A DNA stretch of 64,000 bases from Phoronis australis (lineage: Eukaryota > Animalia > Phoronida). The DNA lies in the NCBI GenBank assembly GCA_002633005.1, contig NMRA01000050.1, positions 681,820 to 745,819 on the forward strand, read 5' to 3'. Under the pieces are notes generated by a model. It searched no databases. It was not told the DNA's origin and saw only the letters and a program-made list of their open reading frames with translations. Position 1 is the first letter of the stretch. Every line of letters starts with the position of its first letter. This document shows, one piece after another, positions 60,846-64,000 of the stretch. The position numbers were made by a program, and so were the translations under genes.

Positions 60846-63800
60846 GTGGCACAGAAAAGTTAGACTGCGGCCGCGGCCAATTTGCACTCCCAAAGTATTG
60901 AAATTTTGGGGTAGGTCAAATTTCGGGACATTGCATGTAGGCTCAGTGATTGTGGTTTGTTTGTATTTGTGAACATGGTGAGAATGAAAAAGGCCACTTT
61001 CTCGGCTGTAGCTACACTCCATCTAAAGATGGCGGCCCTCTGCTGCAATTATGCATTGCTGTGTAGCAACTGAGAAATTGGCCGCGATTTCAGGTAGCCC
61101 TCAAACAAGCCATATTTGCAAAAAGCTAGTTGGTTGACAGGACTTTTGGACCACATTTTTGGAATCGGTAATAAATTTGCTTTCGGAATCTAATGTTGGC
61201 TTAAGTCGAATATCGTCAGGGAAGTGGTGGTTTTGGGGTCAAAATTGCCAATTTTGCATTTTTTGCCCTTATTTTTCTTAATCTAGCTTGGTTTCCACTG
61301 GGAGTGAAAGGGTCTAAAATACAAGAGAGAATTAAGTTTCTGTGCTCATCTGTAGGGCTTGTGATGTGAAATGACTCAAAACTTTTCTTTATTTGCATGG
61401 AGTTATTGACAGAGTGAAAAAAGGGTGAAGAGTCCATTGACGTGTGTTTTGATCAGCAAACCCCTGTGAGAACTGTTTTGTGCCTCCTTAACGAACAGGA
61501 AGTCAACTGAGAGCTTGTCACTTGCTTCGTGGGTTGTAAGATATTGCGTGGAAGGGTTGCGTCACGAGAGACTGGGACCAGCAAGTACAGTGTCGCAGTA
61601 CAGTGCGTGTTAGTTCGAAGATTCACAGATGGCAGATAAGACGTTTGATTTTTAGTTAATTGATTGAAGTAATCCTTACAGCACTAGTGTAGTTACTCTT
61701 CTGCCTTTTTAGTCTACTTAATTAACATCAGGTTTCACTTTTTTAATTATTGGTTGTCATAATATAATAAATTAATAACTGAATTTAATCATTCTTACTA
61801 CTTCCAAGCGCAATCTCGAAGCATAGCCATTTTTAACCAAACCCACAGTCAACTTCTGACGACATCAAGTTCTGAATTGTTTTTGAATAAAATAATCTCG
61901 CCCCTGAAATTATTGGTGCCTCAGCCCAAACACACGCTATAACCCCACATAGTCCTAATGTTATACAAGTCTGATTATAAAAAGTGGATGTCTTGAAGAC
62001 AGTAAATAGAAAAATCCTTGTGAAGAATGTAATTAAACACATCCCTACGCTTAAAAATATCCTAAGCCCCTACAGTTCAATGTTATCCGCCAGTGATAAA
62101 AGGTTTTAATTAGAAAGTATATGTTATGGCTGATCCCCACAAAAAACCACATTCACAGCTACATTCACATCCAAGAAGAAAATCAAACATCTTCTGCATA
62201 AAGAACCAATAAACCCACCCAACTACCAGAAAAAATTACATAAAAAAGCGAACATTCTCCGTCAGAACAAATATCAATTATGTAATTAGTGGAGATAGTT
62301 CCATTGAAGCTGCCCAAAATTTGTGCATATGTACTTTTAAAACCATGTGATCAAACTTGTTTACATGTGATTTTAATATCTTCATCTATTTTTAGATGAT
62401 GTTTGCCTTTTTTGTTCTGGAGTCAATGCACTTTGAGGATTCTAGAAATTTCTGTGATCAGATCGTAACAAGCAATGACGTTATAGACATGATCAAGTGA
62501 TTTCTCTAAGCCAATCGTTAAGTAAGTGCATAATAATAATTTTGAAAGGAGTCTGGAAAATAGCGAGATGAAACTTGGTTGTTGAAGCTGTAGGACTTTG
62601 CGACTGGGCTTTGACAGTCAAGGTGAGAAGTTCAGTCAGATTTACAAATCAAGACACATATTATTCGAGCTTTAGTGGTTAGAAAACTAAATACTGATTC
62701 CATAAAAGACTTCATTACCACTCTAAAATAAGGGCTGTCCGCAGACTCAGTAAGCTTCACTCGCTGAACACGCCGGTGCGGAAGGGTTAAGTTCTGACGG
62801 CTTCAAACACGCAAGTCTGCCGATATGGCGACACTGACGACATCACGTAGCGGTCAAAGTCATTTTCCTTAATTATTTCCCAAAATAAATGCTCGTTTAT
62901 TTGAGATTTTCATGTACTATTTAAAACCTCAAAAGAGCAAAAATCCATTGGAGGAACGCTTTAAAAGGCTGTCTATATTTAATAAAAAATCAATTAATGT
63001 TATCAATCCTGAGATCTTTTCTTTGGAAAATGCCATAGGATCACACAATCTTCAGGAAAGGCATATTTCCGCAAACAATTTTTTGAGTTGAAACAATTTT
63101 TGACTGCAGTATTTATGACCTGGTCTGTTTTAAAATGTTGGTCAAAAAGGACCAACTTAGTATTTTGTGGAGTGTTTCTGGAAAACTAAGCCTATCCCAA
63201 TATTACTCGAAGTTGTATTACAGCAAAATGTATTCACTTTGTAATGTACGGCATTAAAGAAGGTAGATATAATAAGTTTTCAATTTCTTCAAATTTTGGA
63301 CGTTACAACCTAGCCTACCCATAGTACCACAAATTTCCTATCAATTTTTACATGTGTACCAAGGATCTGATGACTGTCCCCATTCAAATTCCATACCTAT
63401 CCGCATATCCCTCATTCAAGGTCATCGCCATTTGGCCCTCCCCAGTCGCCCATGTGGGTGCAAACTATTTGGTCGGGTATGTATCCCCACCTCCTAAGAT
63501 TTTCAATTTATTTGCAAAAACTTTCCATTAGCAAGACATTTTTGATAATACACAATAAAGACGTGCCTGCCAAGCGACAAAAATTGATTAAGCTTTAAAA
63601 ACAACTCGCTTCTCTCAAAGATGTGCACGATAAAAAATAACGGAGTGGTGTTGAAACGTGCCTTAGAATATGACAGATAGTTTCACAACACAAAATATAG
63701 TAACTTAATTTTAGATGTTCTTTTTGCCGTAAAAACAACTGCGCATTCTTCTCCACTAACCAATGCCTTGGCTAACGTGTGATCTATATTCTAAAAAAGA

Positions 63801-64000
63801 TCACCTATTCGCAATTCTCCGACAAAGATTTCTTCAAAGCATGCTTAGTTAGCAAGTGGGTGAACCAAAAAGTTACATTTCCATCATTTTCGAGTTCATA
63901 ACAAGCCTGCAAAACGAGAAGACTGGAGTGTCTTCACGAATAGCAGCCAGTTCCGGGTTCGACTTCCGGACAGGGCAGAAATCTTCAGACTCATGTCCAT

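Overview
AT-rich animal (probably marine invertebrate) genomic DNA with spliceosomal GT-AG introns; three single 'n' joins lie at 3147, 30623 and 54430. The main feature is a complete + strand, 19-exon gene from 8939 to 45413 (about 654-655 aa), assembled by hand with consistent intron phases. It encodes a STKLD1/SgK071-type protein: an N-terminal Ser/Thr kinase domain followed by armadillo-like helical repeats. Unlike the human pseudokinase, it keeps all canonical catalytic motifs. The gene shows unusual splicing architecture: a duplicated, apparently mutually exclusive exon pair (42209-42288 and 43782-43864), a tandemly duplicated 3' splice site before exon 9, a candidate 36-nt cassette exon and a candidate alternative last exon. 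A divergent minus-strand reading frame starts only 83 bp upstream of the kinase ATG. The rest is repeats: a tRNA-derived SINE, LINE remnants, HINE-like elements, AcademH-like, hAT-like and Kolobok-like non-autonomous DNA transposons (including three 14-27 bp TIR-only relics), a 5.2-kb TIR element and several minisatellites. A contig join at 54430 looks like the breakpoint of a heterozygous ~6.8-kb inversion. Family assignments come from recalled motifs; no database search was run.
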